The translations under genes were made by a program, and so were the position numbers. Shown here piece after piece: positions 10,639 to 21,130 of a stretch of 64,000 bases of DNA. This stretch comes from an uncultured Algoriphagus sp. GTDB taxonomy: Bacteria > Bacteroidota > Bacteroidia > Cytophagales > Cyclobacteriaceae. Numbering within the stretch: the first letter of the stretch is position 1; the number at the start of each line of letters is the position of its first letter. The stretch covers positions 11,804 through 75,803 of the forward strand of contig CAJBER010000226.1 of assembly GCA_903952135.1 (NCBI GenBank), read 5' to 3'. The notes beneath the pieces were generated by a model. The model was not told where the DNA came from. It saw only the letters and a program-made list of their open reading frames with translations, and did not search any database.

Positions 10639-10670
10639 AAAAAACCTCGCTTCACCAGCGAGGTTTTTTT
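10638..10670. terminator. Bidirectional intrinsic terminator
   Basis: AAAAAAACCTCGCT-tcacc-AGCGAGGTTTTTTT between convergent genes. Confidence 0.85.
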
Positions 10671-10791
10671 ATACCACATTTTTCTTGAAACTAAGGCCGC
10701 CTTTCCTTCCAAAAATCTATTAACTCAACAAGAGGAATTCTCACCTTTAACGCTGGCTTTTAATTCTAGAAGAGAGAACTGTCGGTACCGG

Positions 10792-12591
10792 TTAGTGGGT
10801 ACTCTCCTCGATGGATTCACCACCTTGGGTTTGTTTTTCAAAAAGCGCCGCATACACTCCCTTTTGTTCCATCAGTGACCCATGGTCCCCACGCTCCACA
10901 ATTCTTCCTTCATCCAAGACTATAATTTGATCTGCAAGCTTGGCTGAAGATACCCTGTGGGAAATGATGATGGACGTACGATTTCTCATGATTTTTTGGA
11001 GGGAATTCAGGATGGCATTTTCCGTCTTAGTATCTACGGCTGAGAGGCAATCGTCCAAAATCAAAATCTTGGGCTCCTTCACAATCGCTCGCGCGATGGA
11101 TACCCGTTGCTTTTGACCTCCAGAGAGGGTAATCCCTCTTTCTCCAAGGAGCGTTTCAAAGCCCTTCGGAAAATCTAGAATATTTTGATAGACATCTGCA
11201 TCCTTGGCTGCTTGCGTAATCCGATCTAGGTTAGGTTGATCCAATCCAAAGGCAATGTTATTGGCAATGGTGTCCGAAAAAAGAAACACATCCTGAGGGA
11301 CTACACCTATCTGACTACGTAAACTGGCAAGCGAATACTGTTGAATAGGTCTGCCATCTACCAAAATCTCTCCCGCACTGGCATCGTACATGCGCATGAG
11401 TAAGTTAGCAAGAGTAGACTTTCCTGAACCTGTAGTACCGATGATTCCTAGGGTCTGTCCTGCTGCTATGGAAAAGGAAATGTCACGAAGTGCCTGCACA
11501 CCTGAATCTGGATAGACAAAGGAAAGGTGATTTACTTCGAGTGCACCGGCAAGGGGAGACTCGATGTTTTCCACAGACACCAAATCCGTCTTTTGATCGA
11601 GCAACTCATTGATACGTCGCTGGGATACCTCAGCGCGCTGCACAATGCTGGTCACCCAGCCAAGGGAGGCCACAGGCCAAGTCAGCATGTTGACATATAG
11701 GATAAACTCTGCGATGACCCCATAGCCAATCTCGCCTTGAATGACCATCATTCCTCCAATGTAGACGGTAATGATTGTAGATATCCCCACCAAGGCCATA
11801 ATCAAAGGGAAAAACAGGGCATTGACCCGAGTCAATTCAATAGACTGGTGCTTGTACTCTTCACTTGCCTTGTCAAACTCGGATGCAGAATCCTGTTCAC
11901 GAACGAATGCCTTTAATACCCTTATCCCTGAAAATGCTTCCTGAACAAAGGTGCTGAGCTGCGAAAGGCTTTGCTGGATTTTTTCAGAACGCGCATTGAT
12001 CAGATTGTTGACATAATAAATACTCAACGAGAGGATTGGGAGCGGCAATAAGGAATACAAGGTCAATTCCAAATTGACCGAAACCATGTAAGAGATTACC
12101 AAAGGGAACAAAATCAACAGGTTGAGCCCGTACATGATCGCTGGACCCAGATACATCCGCACACGGCTTACATCTTCTGAAATCCGCGCCATCAGATCTC
12201 CTGTGCTATTTTTCCGATAAAAACTTAAGGGCAAAAATTGAAAATGGGCAAAGAGTTCATTTTTCATGTCATACTCAATTTTTCGCGACATGATGATGAG
12301 CGTTTGGCGAATCAAAAACAGGAAGAAACCCCGAAGCAGAGCCATAACCAAAATCAAAATCCCAAAAACAAAGACCGACTCTAAAAAATACTCCCTTGCC
12401 AAATCTCCAAGCCCACCCTTGTCTAATGGGGTAAAAAGCGCAAAACTCTCAACCACATAATCTATGGCAATTCGAACCAGTTGGGCTGGAATAATTACGA
12501 AAATATTTGAGATCACAGTAAAGAGTATTCCCAAAAACAATAAGCCCTTGTATTTGATTAAATATTTATTAATTCTTCGGAGTTCCTTCAC
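10792..12591 (-). CDS. ABC exporter, fused permease/ATPase (MdlA/YheI-like)
   Basis: TM domain, Walker A GTTGSGKS, LSGGQKQR and ILILDDCLSAVD. Confidence 0.92.
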   Translation of the reverse strand: MKELRRINKYLIKYKGLLFLGILFTVISNIFVIIPAQLVRIAIDYVVESFALFTPLDKGGLGDLAREYFLESVFVFGILILVMALLRGFFLFLIRQTLIIMSRKIEYDMKNELFAHFQFLPLSFYRKNSTGDLMARISEDVSRVRMYLGPAIMYGLNLLILFPLVISYMVSVNLELTLYSLLPLPILSLSIYYVNNLINARSEKIQQSLSQLSTFVQEAFSGIRVLKAFVREQDSASEFDKASEEYKHQSIELTRVNALFFPLIMALVGISTIITVYIGGMMVIQGEIGYGVIAEFILYVNMLTWPVASLGWVTSIVQRAEVSQRRINELLDQKTDLVSVENIESPLAGALEVNHLSFVYPDSGVQALRDISFSIAAGQTLGIIGTTGSGKSTLANLLMRMYDASAGEILVDGRPIQQYSLASLRSQIGVVPQDVFLFSDTIANNIAFGLDQPNLDRITQAAKDADVYQNILDFPKGFETLLGERGITLSGGQKQRVSIARAIVKEPKILILDDCLSAVDTKTENAILNSLQKIMRNRTSIIISHRVSSAKLADQIIVLDEGRIVERGDHGSLMEQKGVYAALFEKQTQGGESIEESTH

Positions 12592-12734
12592 AGAATAAAT
12601 TCTTAGTATTTAATAATAATCTTGTATAAAATTTCGCAGGGGAAAATTTGTAAGCTGATAAAAGTATTTAATTTTGTGTCCGCAGAAATGCGAGTTCAAC
12701 CCAAATATAACACATTCTAAAAAGCTATTTTCAG

Positions 12735-13835
12735 ATGTCAGCGATTAATGCAACCGAAACTATCCGTGAGGGTTCTATTTTTGGACAAATCACCACCATG
12801 GACCATGAGCAGTTGGTCATCTGCAACGATGAGGCTACAGGCCTCAAAGCCCTAATAGGAATTCACAATACCGTGCTAGGCCCAGCATTAGGTGGCACGC
12901 GCATGTGGCCTTATGCCACGGAAGAAGAAGCCATCAAAGATGTTTTGCGGCTTTCACGAGGCATGAGCTTCAAAAATTCACTCGCAGGACTGAATTTGGG
13001 AGGAGGCAAGGCAGTTATTCTTGGCGATCCACGACTGAAATCAGAAGCCTTTATGCGACGATTCGGCCGTTTTGTGGAGAGCTTGGGTGGTCGCTATGTG
13101 ACTGCTGAAGATGTCAACATGAAGACCTCCGACATGGAATACATCGCCTTGGAAACCCGTCACGTGACTGGCCTTCCAAAAAGCAAGGGCGGTGCAGGTG
13201 ATCCTTCCCCAGTAACTGCCTATGGTGTGTACATGGGCATGAAGGCTGCCGCCAAGAAAGCATTTGGTACTGACTCCCTTCAAGGAAAGAAAATAGGCGT
13301 TCAAGGAGTAGGTCAGGTGGGAAAATACCTCATCAACTACCTGGTGAAAGAAGGTGCAGAAATTATGATCACGGATATTTTTGAGGACAAACTCAAGGAA
13401 GTTGCCGCTACTACCGGGGCCACAGTGGTGGACAGCAAGGTACTCTACGATATGCCAATGGACATTTATGCGCCTTGTGCTCTCGGAGCCACCATCAACG
13501 ACCAGACCATCGATCGCTTGACTTGCAAAGTGATTGCAGGCGGAGCCAACAACCAACTCGAGGATGAAGCCAAGCACGGCAAAATCTTGATGGAAAAAGG
13601 AATTGTTTATGCTCCAGATTTCTTAATCAATGCTGGCGGCGTCATCAACGTAGGGGCAGAATATTACGGGGAATACCAAGAGGAAACTGTTTTTGCTCAA
13701 ACAGAAAAAATCTACGACACCTGCTTGTCCATTTTAAACGCCTCTGAGCAACAAAACATCCCAGCTCAGCAAGCTGCAATCCAGGCAGCGAAGGCAAGAA
13801 TTGAAGCAATCGGAAGAGTTAAACTTCCTTTCTAA
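12735..13835 (+). CDS. Glu/Leu/Phe/Val dehydrogenase (leucine dehydrogenase-like)
   Basis: GPALGGTR, LGGGKAV, YVTAEDV, GVGQVG and GGANNQL; promoter TAATTTTG at 12669-12676. Confidence 0.92.
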   Translation: MSAINATETIREGSIFGQITTMDHEQLVICNDEATGLKALIGIHNTVLGPALGGTRMWPYATEEEAIKDVLRLSRGMSFKNSLAGLNLGGGKAVILGDPRLKSEAFMRRFGRFVESLGGRYVTAEDVNMKTSDMEYIALETRHVTGLPKSKGGAGDPSPVTAYGVYMGMKAAAKKAFGTDSLQGKKIGVQGVGQVGKYLINYLVKEGAEIMITDIFEDKLKEVAATTGATVVDSKVLYDMPMDIYAPCALGATINDQTIDRLTCKVIAGGANNQLEDEAKHGKILMEKGIVYAPDFLINAGGVINVGAEYYGEYQEETVFAQTEKIYDTCLSILNASEQQNIPAQQAAIQAAKARIEAIGRVKLPF

Positions 13836-13858
13836 GCAGTCTTTCAAATTCTTAAAGA

Positions 13859-13888
13859 GCCACCGAACAGGAGTTCGGTGGTTTTTTT
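13859..13888 (+). terminator. Intrinsic terminator
   Basis: GCCACCGAAC-agga-GTTCGGTGGT followed by a T-tract. Confidence 0.8.
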
Positions 13889-13952
13889 GTCCCCAACTGT
13901 ATGGGGACAAGACCCATCAAATTACTTATATTTGTGACTCTTTACATACCCT

Positions 13953-15137
13953 ATGCTCAACAGAAGAATCCTTAGAGTCAAAGCATTTCAGAATCTTTAT
14001 GCTTATGAACAGTGCAAAGGATCCAATCTAAATTTAGCCAGAGACTTTATACGAGAGTCTTTTTTACCAGACCTCAACAGCATGGAGGTTCAAGATAAGG
14101 CTGCCCTTTCCAAAGAAGCTGAAGAATCCATTCAGATCTTTGATGAAAACGTAGACTTAGGGCAAAAATTGATTCCGAATGAGGCAGGTATTAAAGTCAA
14201 AAAAATTGCGCTAGAAGCCCTAAAGCAGGTTCATGCTGCCAACGAAAAGGATCGGCAGTTCTTGTTAAAAAACATGGTCGTTTCTGCCGAACGAATTCCC
14301 CAGCTTTACCTCTTGGCCATCGAACTACTTCAAGCTTTTGCCAAACATGTGGGAAAAGAGGTGGAGAAAAAGCAAAAACTCGCGGGAGACACCCCTGTTG
14401 CCTTTGGTAACGAACTCAATTTGGCGAATAATCAAGTATTGAAGCGACTTCGCGAATCTCTAGAATACCAGGCTGCCCTCACTAAAAATGGGGTAAACTT
14501 GGATGAACTCGAACTTGAAATCAAAGAATGGTTTCGAGAATACATCAAGCCTGCAGAGCCTTATCAGCATTACCTTTCCCTTGCAAACCCTAGTTTGGAT
14601 CAAGATTTTGAAGTGGTAGATGATCTGCTCAAAAAAGTCATCTTTAAAAACGAAGTCATATTGACCTTTTTCTCTGAGAAGGACTTAAACTGGACCGAAA
14701 ATAAATCGGTAGTACGAAGCTTGGCCGCCAAGGTGTTGAAAAACGCCTCCCTACCTGAGACTACTCTTGCTGAGCCCTTACCAGAAATTGCAATGAATTG
14801 GGAGGAGGACAAAGAATTTTTTGAAAATATTTTTAACTTCACCATCGCTAACGACGTAAGTAGTAAGGTACTTATCGCTGATAAAACTAAAAACTGGGAC
14901 ATTGAACGCTTGGCTTTTACAGATAAAGTCATCATCTCCATGGCGCTTGCAGAAATGATTCATTTTCCAAGCATCCCAGTTAAAGTGACTATCAACGAGT
15001 ACATTGATATTTCAAAAACGTACAGCACACCAAAAAGCAAGCAATTTGTGAATGGTTTGTTGGATGTATTGGCCAAAGAACTAACGGACAAAGGACAGAT
15101 TCGCAAAAGTGGACGAGGCCTCTTGGACAATAAATAA
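13953..15137 (+). CDS. nusB: Transcription antitermination factor NusB (long Bacteroidota form)
   Basis: MLNRRILRVK start; C-terminal NWDIERLA, IPVKVTINEYIDISK and FVNGLLD; promoter TATATTTG at 13927-13934. Confidence 0.9.
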   Translation: MLNRRILRVKAFQNLYAYEQCKGSNLNLARDFIRESFLPDLNSMEVQDKAALSKEAEESIQIFDENVDLGQKLIPNEAGIKVKKIALEALKQVHAANEKDRQFLLKNMVVSAERIPQLYLLAIELLQAFAKHVGKEVEKKQKLAGDTPVAFGNELNLANNQVLKRLRESLEYQAALTKNGVNLDELELEIKEWFREYIKPAEPYQHYLSLANPSLDQDFEVVDDLLKKVIFKNEVILTFFSEKDLNWTENKSVVRSLAAKVLKNASLPETTLAEPLPEIAMNWEEDKEFFENIFNFTIANDVSSKVLIADKTKNWDIERLAFTDKVIISMALAEMIHFPSIPVKVTINEYIDISKTYSTPKSKQFVNGLLDVLAKELTDKGQIRKSGRGLLDNK

Positions 15138-15145
15138 GAAAGACC

Positions 15146-15448
15146 ATGAGCAAGACAACAAATACTTTACTCGCTTTCGCCGTAGGCGCAGGAGTAGGTG
15201 CAGCCTTAGGAATTTTATTTGCTCCCGATACTGGGGCAAATACGCGAGACAAACTCTCCTTCAAATTGTCTAAATACAAGAAGGAACTTGAGGACCTCAT
15301 CAATGAATTGGTGGATGGAAAAGAAATTCACCTTAACGAGGCCAAAACCGAAGGAAAAAGAGTGATATCCGAAGCTAAAAACAAAGCAGAAGATCTCCTA
15401 AATGATGTAAATAAACTAATAGACCAAATAAATCAAGATAAAAACTAA
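15146..15448 (+). CDS. YtxH domain protein
   Basis: GAGVGAALGILFAPDTG..TR motif. Confidence 0.85.
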   Translation: MSKTTNTLLAFAVGAGVGAALGILFAPDTGANTRDKLSFKLSKYKKELEDLINELVDGKEIHLNEAKTEGKRVISEAKNKAEDLLNDVNKLIDQINQDKN

Positions 15449-15449
15449 C

Positions 15450-15989
15450 ATGAAAACAAGACTACTCAGCGCCATCGCACTAGCCGTCGTATTGATCACT
15501 TCTTGCTCTCAGGGCAAAGACGAACAAGCAGAAAAAATCAAAGCTTTAGAAGAAAAAATTGCTGCAATGGATGGGTCTAATGTACCTGTTCCAGCGGATA
15601 TGGCTCAAACGACCACTTCTGCAGATCCAAGCACCCTAGGATCCTTCCAGTTTAGCGAAATGGAATACGACTTTGGATCCATCAACGAAGGAAAAGTGGT
15701 TGAAAAGATTTTCAACTTCACTAACAATGGTCAGGCTCCCTTGGTGATTTCCAACATCACTGCTTCTTGCGGATGCACTAGCCCTGATTGGACCAAAGCA
15801 CCCGTTCAGCCAGGTGAAACTGGATTCGTGAAAGTGGTATTCAACTCTGCTGCGAAGTCAGGCGCACAATCGCCAACCGTAACCATTCAAGCGAATACCA
15901 ACCCATCGGTAACTCGTCTGAGCATGAGAGGTAGTGTAACTCCTAAAACAGCTGGTGGAGCTGCTCAAGCAGGTCCCTTGAACAGATAA
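15450..15989 (+). CDS. DUF1573 domain lipoprotein
   Basis: Lipobox LITSC; YDFGSI...F.FTNNG.APLVI...ASCGCT.P. Confidence 0.88.
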   Translation: MKTRLLSAIALAVVLITSCSQGKDEQAEKIKALEEKIAAMDGSNVPVPADMAQTTTSADPSTLGSFQFSEMEYDFGSINEGKVVEKIFNFTNNGQAPLVISNITASCGCTSPDWTKAPVQPGETGFVKVVFNSAAKSGAQSPTVTIQANTNPSVTRLSMRGSVTPKTAGGAAQAGPLNR

Positions 15990-15992
15990 GTG

Positions 15993-16310
15993 ATGCATTT
16001 ATTTATTCTAGCACAAGCTGCTGCAGGCGGTAGCGGTATTCTTGGACAAGTATTTCTGTTCGGCTCGATCATTTTGATCATGTATTTCTTCATGATCCGC
16101 CCGCAACAGAAAAAACAAAAGGAAACCAAGAAGTTTATTGAAGAAATAAAAAAAGGAGATGATGTAGTGACCATCGGCGGTATCCATGGAAAAGTGTACA
16201 GCGTGGATGGAGACACCATCCTTCTGGAACTAGACAAGGGTCTGAAGGTGAAAGTCGAAAAGTCTGCTATCTCCGCTGACTTCTCCAAAAAATCAAGTCC
16301 AACCAAGTAA
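15993..16310 (+). CDS. yajC: Preprotein translocase subunit YajC
   Basis: YFFMIRPQQKKQKE and KGDDVVTIGGIHG. Confidence 0.95.
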   Translation: MHLFILAQAAAGGSGILGQVFLFGSIILIMYFFMIRPQQKKQKETKKFIEEIKKGDDVVTIGGIHGKVYSVDGDTILLELDKGLKVKVEKSAISADFSKKSSPTK

Positions 16311-16314
16311 CACC

Positions 16315-17280
16315 TTGCCTGATACTAAAAAATCCCCCTGGAGAATATCCAAAAGAAAACTCTCCAATATAAAAGTGGTAGTCCTCTGCATCGCAGCGGC
16401 TACCACTTTTTGGGTTTTAAATGCACTCAACAAGGACAATTACAGTACTATCGTAGATTATCCTGTCCAATGGGAATTTGATCGGAAAAATTTTGTTCCA
16501 GTAAAACCGCTTCCACAAAGCATACAAATCCAAATTTCTGGAAATGGATGGGATCTACTTCGTAAGTATTTCAACATCAGCACCAATGCCTACCCTATCC
16601 TAATCAGTTCCCCTTCTGAGAAAAACTATTTACTCACTTCAGATCTGAAAAGAGGATTAGGAGAATTCATCACTCCCACCCTACTTGAAAATGTGTTGGG
16701 CGATACGATTCCTTTCCAAATCGATCGAATTGTAACCAAGACCTTGATCCCTGAATTAGACTCGGCCGGATACTCCTTGGATAAAAATATTGCCCTAGAA
16801 GGGAAGGTGTCCTTCAACCCGGATAAACTAGAAGTTACGGGACCCTCCTCCATTTTGGAGAGCTACCAAGGAAAATTCCCCGTGGTATTGAATGCTAAAA
16901 AAATTGCCAAGAATTATTCTGGAAAGGTTTCCCTAGAACTAGAAGAAGATTTGGCAACCCTTGTTCAACTCAAGCAAACTGAAATTCAAGTTAGCTTTTC
17001 AATTGTAACTTACTTGGAGGGAAATAAGCGCCTAAAAATCAAAAAGCTAAATTTCCCCGCCAACGTCAAACTTGCCAACGAGGAACTGATTCCTGTCCTA
17101 AGCTATTTGATTCAAGAGGCCGATTTAGCCAAACTAAAGGATTTAGAATTTGAAGCTGTTCTCGATTATAGAAAACGGAATCGCGCTGATAGTACCCTTC
17201 AAATCCAAGTAAACCCCAATCCTAAATTTTTAAAAGAGGTAAAAATCACCCCTCCTCAGCTTAAGTTAAGCTATGAGTAA
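16315..17280 (+). CDS. YbbR/CdaR-like domain membrane-anchored protein
   Basis: N-terminal TM (FWVLNAL), P..LEVTGP motif, conserved position between yajC and coaE. Confidence 0.6.
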   Translation: MPDTKKSPWRISKRKLSNIKVVVLCIAAATTFWVLNALNKDNYSTIVDYPVQWEFDRKNFVPVKPLPQSIQIQISGNGWDLLRKYFNISTNAYPILISSPSEKNYLLTSDLKRGLGEFITPTLLENVLGDTIPFQIDRIVTKTLIPELDSAGYSLDKNIALEGKVSFNPDKLEVTGPSSILESYQGKFPVVLNAKKIAKNYSGKVSLELEEDLATLVQLKQTEIQVSFSIVTYLEGNKRLKIKKLNFPANVKLANEELIPVLSYLIQEADLAKLKDLEFEAVLDYRKRNRADSTLQIQVNPNPKFLKEVKITPPQLKLSYE

Positions 17281-17887
17281 TTCACGCCCACTGCTTGTAG
17301 GCATTACCGGTGGAATTGGCTCTGGAAAATCCACCGTCTGCAAACTTTTCACCTTACTTGGCGTTCCTGTTTACACGGCAGATGAGCGTGCCAAATGGCT
17401 CATGAGTCATGACACATTGCTAAAAGAAAGGATTTTAGCCGCATTTGGGACTGAATCCTATCACTCCACTGGAGAACTCAATAGAGGCTATTTGGCAGAA
17501 ACAGTATTTTCCAACCCAGAAAAAGTGACGGCCCTCAATACCCTAGTTCACCCAGCTGTAGGTAAAGATTTTTCTCTCTGGGTAAGCCAACAAAATGCTC
17601 CCTACCTAATCAAAGAAGCGGCACTCTTATTTGAAACAGGTGCGGCAAAAGAGCTTGATTTTGTAATCAATGTCAGTTCCCCATTGCGCGTACGCATGGC
17701 GCGGGTTTTACTTCGTGACCCCCAACGCACCGAAGAACAAGTCAATCAAATCATTAACCAGCAGCTTCCAGACGAAGAAAAAAATGAGCTGGCAGATTTT
17801 TCAATTAAGAATTCGGATAACAAGCTCCTAATTCCGCAAGTAATTGCCTTGCATGAGCAACTGCTTCGCAAAGCGGAAATCAGCTAG
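17273..17887 (+). CDS. coaE: Dephospho-CoA kinase
   Basis: GITGGIGSGKST, LVHPAV and EAALLFE. Confidence 0.95.
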   Translation: MSNSRPLLVGITGGIGSGKSTVCKLFTLLGVPVYTADERAKWLMSHDTLLKERILAAFGTESYHSTGELNRGYLAETVFSNPEKVTALNTLVHPAVGKDFSLWVSQQNAPYLIKEAALLFETGAAKELDFVINVSSPLRVRMARVLLRDPQRTEEQVNQIINQQLPDEEKNELADFSIKNSDNKLLIPQVIALHEQLLRKAEIS

Positions 17888-17914
17888 TTCGAACCAAGTT
17901 TTGAACCCATCAAA

Positions 17915-17948
17915 AACAAAAAACACCTCGTCTGAGGTGTTTTTTGTT
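17915..17948. terminator. Bidirectional intrinsic terminator (coaE/serS)
   Basis: AACAAAAAACACCTC-gtct-GAGGTGTTTTTTGTT. Confidence 0.85.
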
Positions 17949-17996
17949 AGAGAGGAGGTCAAACTCCATCTTTCGTTATCCCAATTTGCAAATTCC

Positions 17997-19268
17997 TTAA
18001 ATCCGGTCAAAACCCAGATACGGATGCAAGACTTTAGGCATGCGAATGCCATCCGGCTCCTGGTTATTTTCTAGAATAGAAGCTACGATACGTGGCAAAG
18101 CCAGGGCACTTCCATTCAAAGTATGGGCTAATTGAGATTTTTTATCTTCTCCTTTGAATCGCAATTTAAGGCGGTTGGCCTGGTAAGTCTCAAAATTGGA
18201 GACCGAACTCACCTCCAACCAACGCTCTTGCGCTGCCGAATACACTTCCATGTCGTAAGTCATCGCAGAGATGAAGCCCATGTCCCCACCACACAGACGA
18301 AGCACGCGATAAGGCAGTTCCAACTGCTGCAACAAACCTTGCACATAGCCACTCATTTCTTCCAATGTCGCATACGAGTTGTCTGGATGGGTGATTTGCA
18401 CGATTTCCACCTTGTCAAACTGATGTAATCTATTTAAGCCACGAACATGTGCTCCCCAAGAACCGGCTTCGCGTCGAAAGCAAGGTGTATAGCCCACATT
18501 TTTGATGGGAAGTTCGGAGGCATTGACGAGCACATCTCGGTACAAGTTGGTAATGGGCACCTCGGCAGTTGGAATAAGGTATAACTTATCCTCATTGGCA
18601 AAGTACATCTGCCCTTCCTTGTCAGGTAGCTGACCCGTTCCAAAACCCGAATCCTCATTCACCAAGATGGGCGGCTGAACTTCCATATAGCCAGCAGCCA
18701 ATGCCTGATCTAGAAAAAAGTTGATCAATGCACGCTGCAGTCTAGCTCCTTTCCCTTTGTAAACTGGGAATCCTGCACCGGCAATTTTTACACCCAAATC
18801 AAAATCGATGATGTCGTACTTTTTGATCAAATCCCAATGCGGTAATTTACCATCCCATAGGGAAGGAATTTCTCCATGAGAAAGTACCACCTCATTGTCA
18901 TCGGCTGACTTTCCTGCGGGAACTGCTTCATAAGGCACATTTGGAAGCGTGTAAAGCAATGCTTTTAACTCTTCCTCTGCTTGCTCATGCTGCTCTTCCA
19001 ACTCCTTGATTTGAGTTTTTAGGAGGGCAGAGCGGTCCCGAACAGCAGTCGCTTCCGCAGTTTTCCCTTCCTTCATCAAGGTCCCAATTTCCTTGGAAAT
19101 CGTGTTGGCTTCAGCCTGAAGTTGATCCCGCTGCGTTTGAGATGACTTTCTCAAATCATCCAAAGCCAATACCTGCTCCAATGCAGCAGCGGCATTTTTT
19201 AGGTTTCGCTTGCTGAGGCCAGACAGGACTTGGTCGTAATGATCTCGGATATGTTGTACTAAAAGCAT
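17997..19268 (-). CDS. serS: Serine-tRNA ligase
   Basis: Coiled-coil N-terminus, LIPTAEVP, FRREAG, HQFDKVE and HTLNGSALA; promoter TATCTTTG at 19299-19292. Confidence 0.97.
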   Translation of the reverse strand: MLLVQHIRDHYDQVLSGLSKRNLKNAAAALEQVLALDDLRKSSQTQRDQLQAEANTISKEIGTLMKEGKTAEATAVRDRSALLKTQIKELEEQHEQAEEELKALLYTLPNVPYEAVPAGKSADDNEVVLSHGEIPSLWDGKLPHWDLIKKYDIIDFDLGVKIAGAGFPVYKGKGARLQRALINFFLDQALAAGYMEVQPPILVNEDSGFGTGQLPDKEGQMYFANEDKLYLIPTAEVPITNLYRDVLVNASELPIKNVGYTPCFRREAGSWGAHVRGLNRLHQFDKVEIVQITHPDNSYATLEEMSGYVQGLLQQLELPYRVLRLCGGDMGFISAMTYDMEVYSAAQERWLEVSSVSNFETYQANRLKLRFKGEDKKSQLAHTLNGSALALPRIVASILENNQEPDGIRMPKVLHPYLGFDRI

Positions 19269-19304
19269 GATGTACTAGGGATTTGAAAGTCCAAAGATAG
19301 CAAG

Positions 19305-20075
19305 TTATCGAACAAAGATAGTCTTGGTACTGACAGAGAAAGGGCCTTCAAGTTCTTTATTGTCGACTCGGAGCAACTGAAATTTGACTTGATAGTCCCC
19401 TTTTGGAAGATTGGACACGCGCAAAGGAACTACCTGACTAAGTTCTGTTGTATGTTCATTTACAAAGACTTTCACCTTCAATCCATCCAGCTTTAAATCT
19501 CCCCCAAGGACCAAAAAGTCAAGAATCAGGTCTTGACCAAAGGAAATGATTTGTTCATTTTTAGGCATATTAACCGCCAAATAGGGCTCTGCTGAATAGG
19601 GGAAAGGACGGGAATCCCCAACCAAAAAATCACGATCCACGTAATTTCCAAAGTTCTTTAAAGCCAGCCCCTTGTCATCCACCAAAAAAGCCACTGTGCG
19701 GTAAGTGCCTCGGGTAAGCTCACGCTGAAATATAGGGGCAGAATACCCTTCTGGATCGCTGCCATTCAGAATTAAAGCAAGCCGTGGTGAAGAGGAACCA
19801 TTTTTTCCAATTGAAAAATTCTTGACATTAAATTCGAATGGTACTTTCCCTGGCCTAAAAACTTGGTTACCAAGTGGAGTATTTAGTTCCAAAATTGCAT
19901 CAGGAAAAAATGCAAGGGAATCTTCAGGGAGAAAAGTAATTGGTTCTACTGGCGCTTCCATAATCGTGGAATCACTTGCCTCAACTTGAGCCGATTCTTT
20001 GGTTTCTTTGGGATCAGAGGAACAAGAAGAGACCCATAAACTAACGAATACTAGTAAAATCAGGATTTTATTCAT
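19305..20075 (-). CDS. Hypothetical lipoprotein, beta-rich
   Basis: MNKILILLVFVSLWVSSC lipobox; start moved to ATG 20075. Confidence 0.65.
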   Translation of the reverse strand: MNKILILLVFVSLWVSSCSSDPKETKESAQVEASDSTIMEAPVEPITFLPEDSLAFFPDAILELNTPLGNQVFRPGKVPFEFNVKNFSIGKNGSSSPRLALILNGSDPEGYSAPIFQRELTRGTYRTVAFLVDDKGLALKNFGNYVDRDFLVGDSRPFPYSAEPYLAVNMPKNEQIISFGQDLILDFLVLGGDLKLDGLKVKVFVNEHTTELSQVVPLRVSNLPKGDYQVKFQLLRVDNKELEGPFSVSTKTIFVR

Positions 20076-20151
20076 GGAATCGCCTAAATTGAGGTTAAAG
20101 ATATTTATTTTTGAAGAATTTAAAGGAATAACCACCTAAACTACCGCATGA

Positions 20152-21129
20152 ATGGAAATTTTGTTCGATGAAATTCCAAGTTTGGATTTAGCCGATTTCA
20201 CCTCTGGCAACCCTGAAAAAAAGGCCGAATTTGTTCACAAACTTGGAGAAGCGTATCAAAATATTGGTTTTGTAGCCATCAAAAATCATGGACTCAGCAA
20301 AGCCTTACAAGACAGACTCTATTCCTCCATCACTACTTTTTTCTCCCTTCCAGATGCAGTGAAGGCACAGTATGAAAAACCAGAAATCGGATACCAGAGA
20401 GGATACACTGGCAAAGGAAAGGAACATGCTAAAGGAAGAAATACGGGAGATTTGAAGGAATTTTACCATGTGGGTCAAGACTTGGGTGATATCCCTGATG
20501 CAGATCCCATCAAGTCGGAGTATCCGGAAAATTGCTGGCCTCAAGAACTTCCACAATTCAAAGACGATGCCTTAGAAGCCTATAGAACCTTGGAGAATGC
20601 AGGCCGTCAAATGCTCCGTGCCATTGCCCTAAACTTAGGTTTGAAGGAAGACTATTTTGAAGACAAGGTGATTTATGGCAATTCCATCCTTCGCCAAATT
20701 CATTATTTCCCGATTGAAAACCCAGATGAGGTGCCTGCAGATGCCGTACGCGCCGCAGAACACGGAGACATCAACCTGATCACCTTGCTAATGGGCGCCA
20801 GTGCAGACGGACTCCAAGTGCTTCGTAGAGATGGAAAGTGGATTCCTATCACCGCCCTTCCAGACCAGTTGGTCGTGAATGTCGGAGACATGCTCGAGCG
20901 ATTGACCAACAAGAAATTGAAGTCAACCATCCACCGCGTAGTGAACCCACCGCGCGAAAAGATGCATACCAGCAGGTACTCGATTCCGTTTTTCATGCAC
21001 CCAAGATCTGAAATGGATCTCAGCTGCCTTGAGAGCTGTATTTCCAATGCCAGCCCCAAACAATTCACGGATATCACCGCAGGAGAATTTTTGGAGGAGC
21101 GGCTTCGAGAACTAGGCTTGCGCAAATAG
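20152..21129 (+). CDS. Isopenicillin N synthase family 2OG-Fe(II) oxygenase
   Basis: GFVAIKNHG, HGD (HxD), VVNVGDML, STIHRV and RYSIPFF; promoter TATTTTTG at 20106-20113. Confidence 0.92.
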   Translation: MEILFDEIPSLDLADFTSGNPEKKAEFVHKLGEAYQNIGFVAIKNHGLSKALQDRLYSSITTFFSLPDAVKAQYEKPEIGYQRGYTGKGKEHAKGRNTGDLKEFYHVGQDLGDIPDADPIKSEYPENCWPQELPQFKDDALEAYRTLENAGRQMLRAIALNLGLKEDYFEDKVIYGNSILRQIHYFPIENPDEVPADAVRAAEHGDINLITLLMGASADGLQVLRRDGKWIPITALPDQLVVNVGDMLERLTNKKLKSTIHRVVNPPREKMHTSRYSIPFFMHPRSEMDLSCLESCISNASPKQFTDITAGEFLEERLRELGLRK

Positions 21130-21130
21130 C

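Noticed and set aside
13041-13577. 178-aa antisense ORF in the amino-acid dehydrogenase, and similar antisense ORFs in infB, rho, bamA and the 1450-aa gene
   Set aside because: Antisense shadows of well-supported genes, attributable to codon bias.
13953-14750. Unusually long NusB as a novel fusion
   Set aside because: Extended NusB is the usual Bacteroidota form, and no second domain is recognisable.
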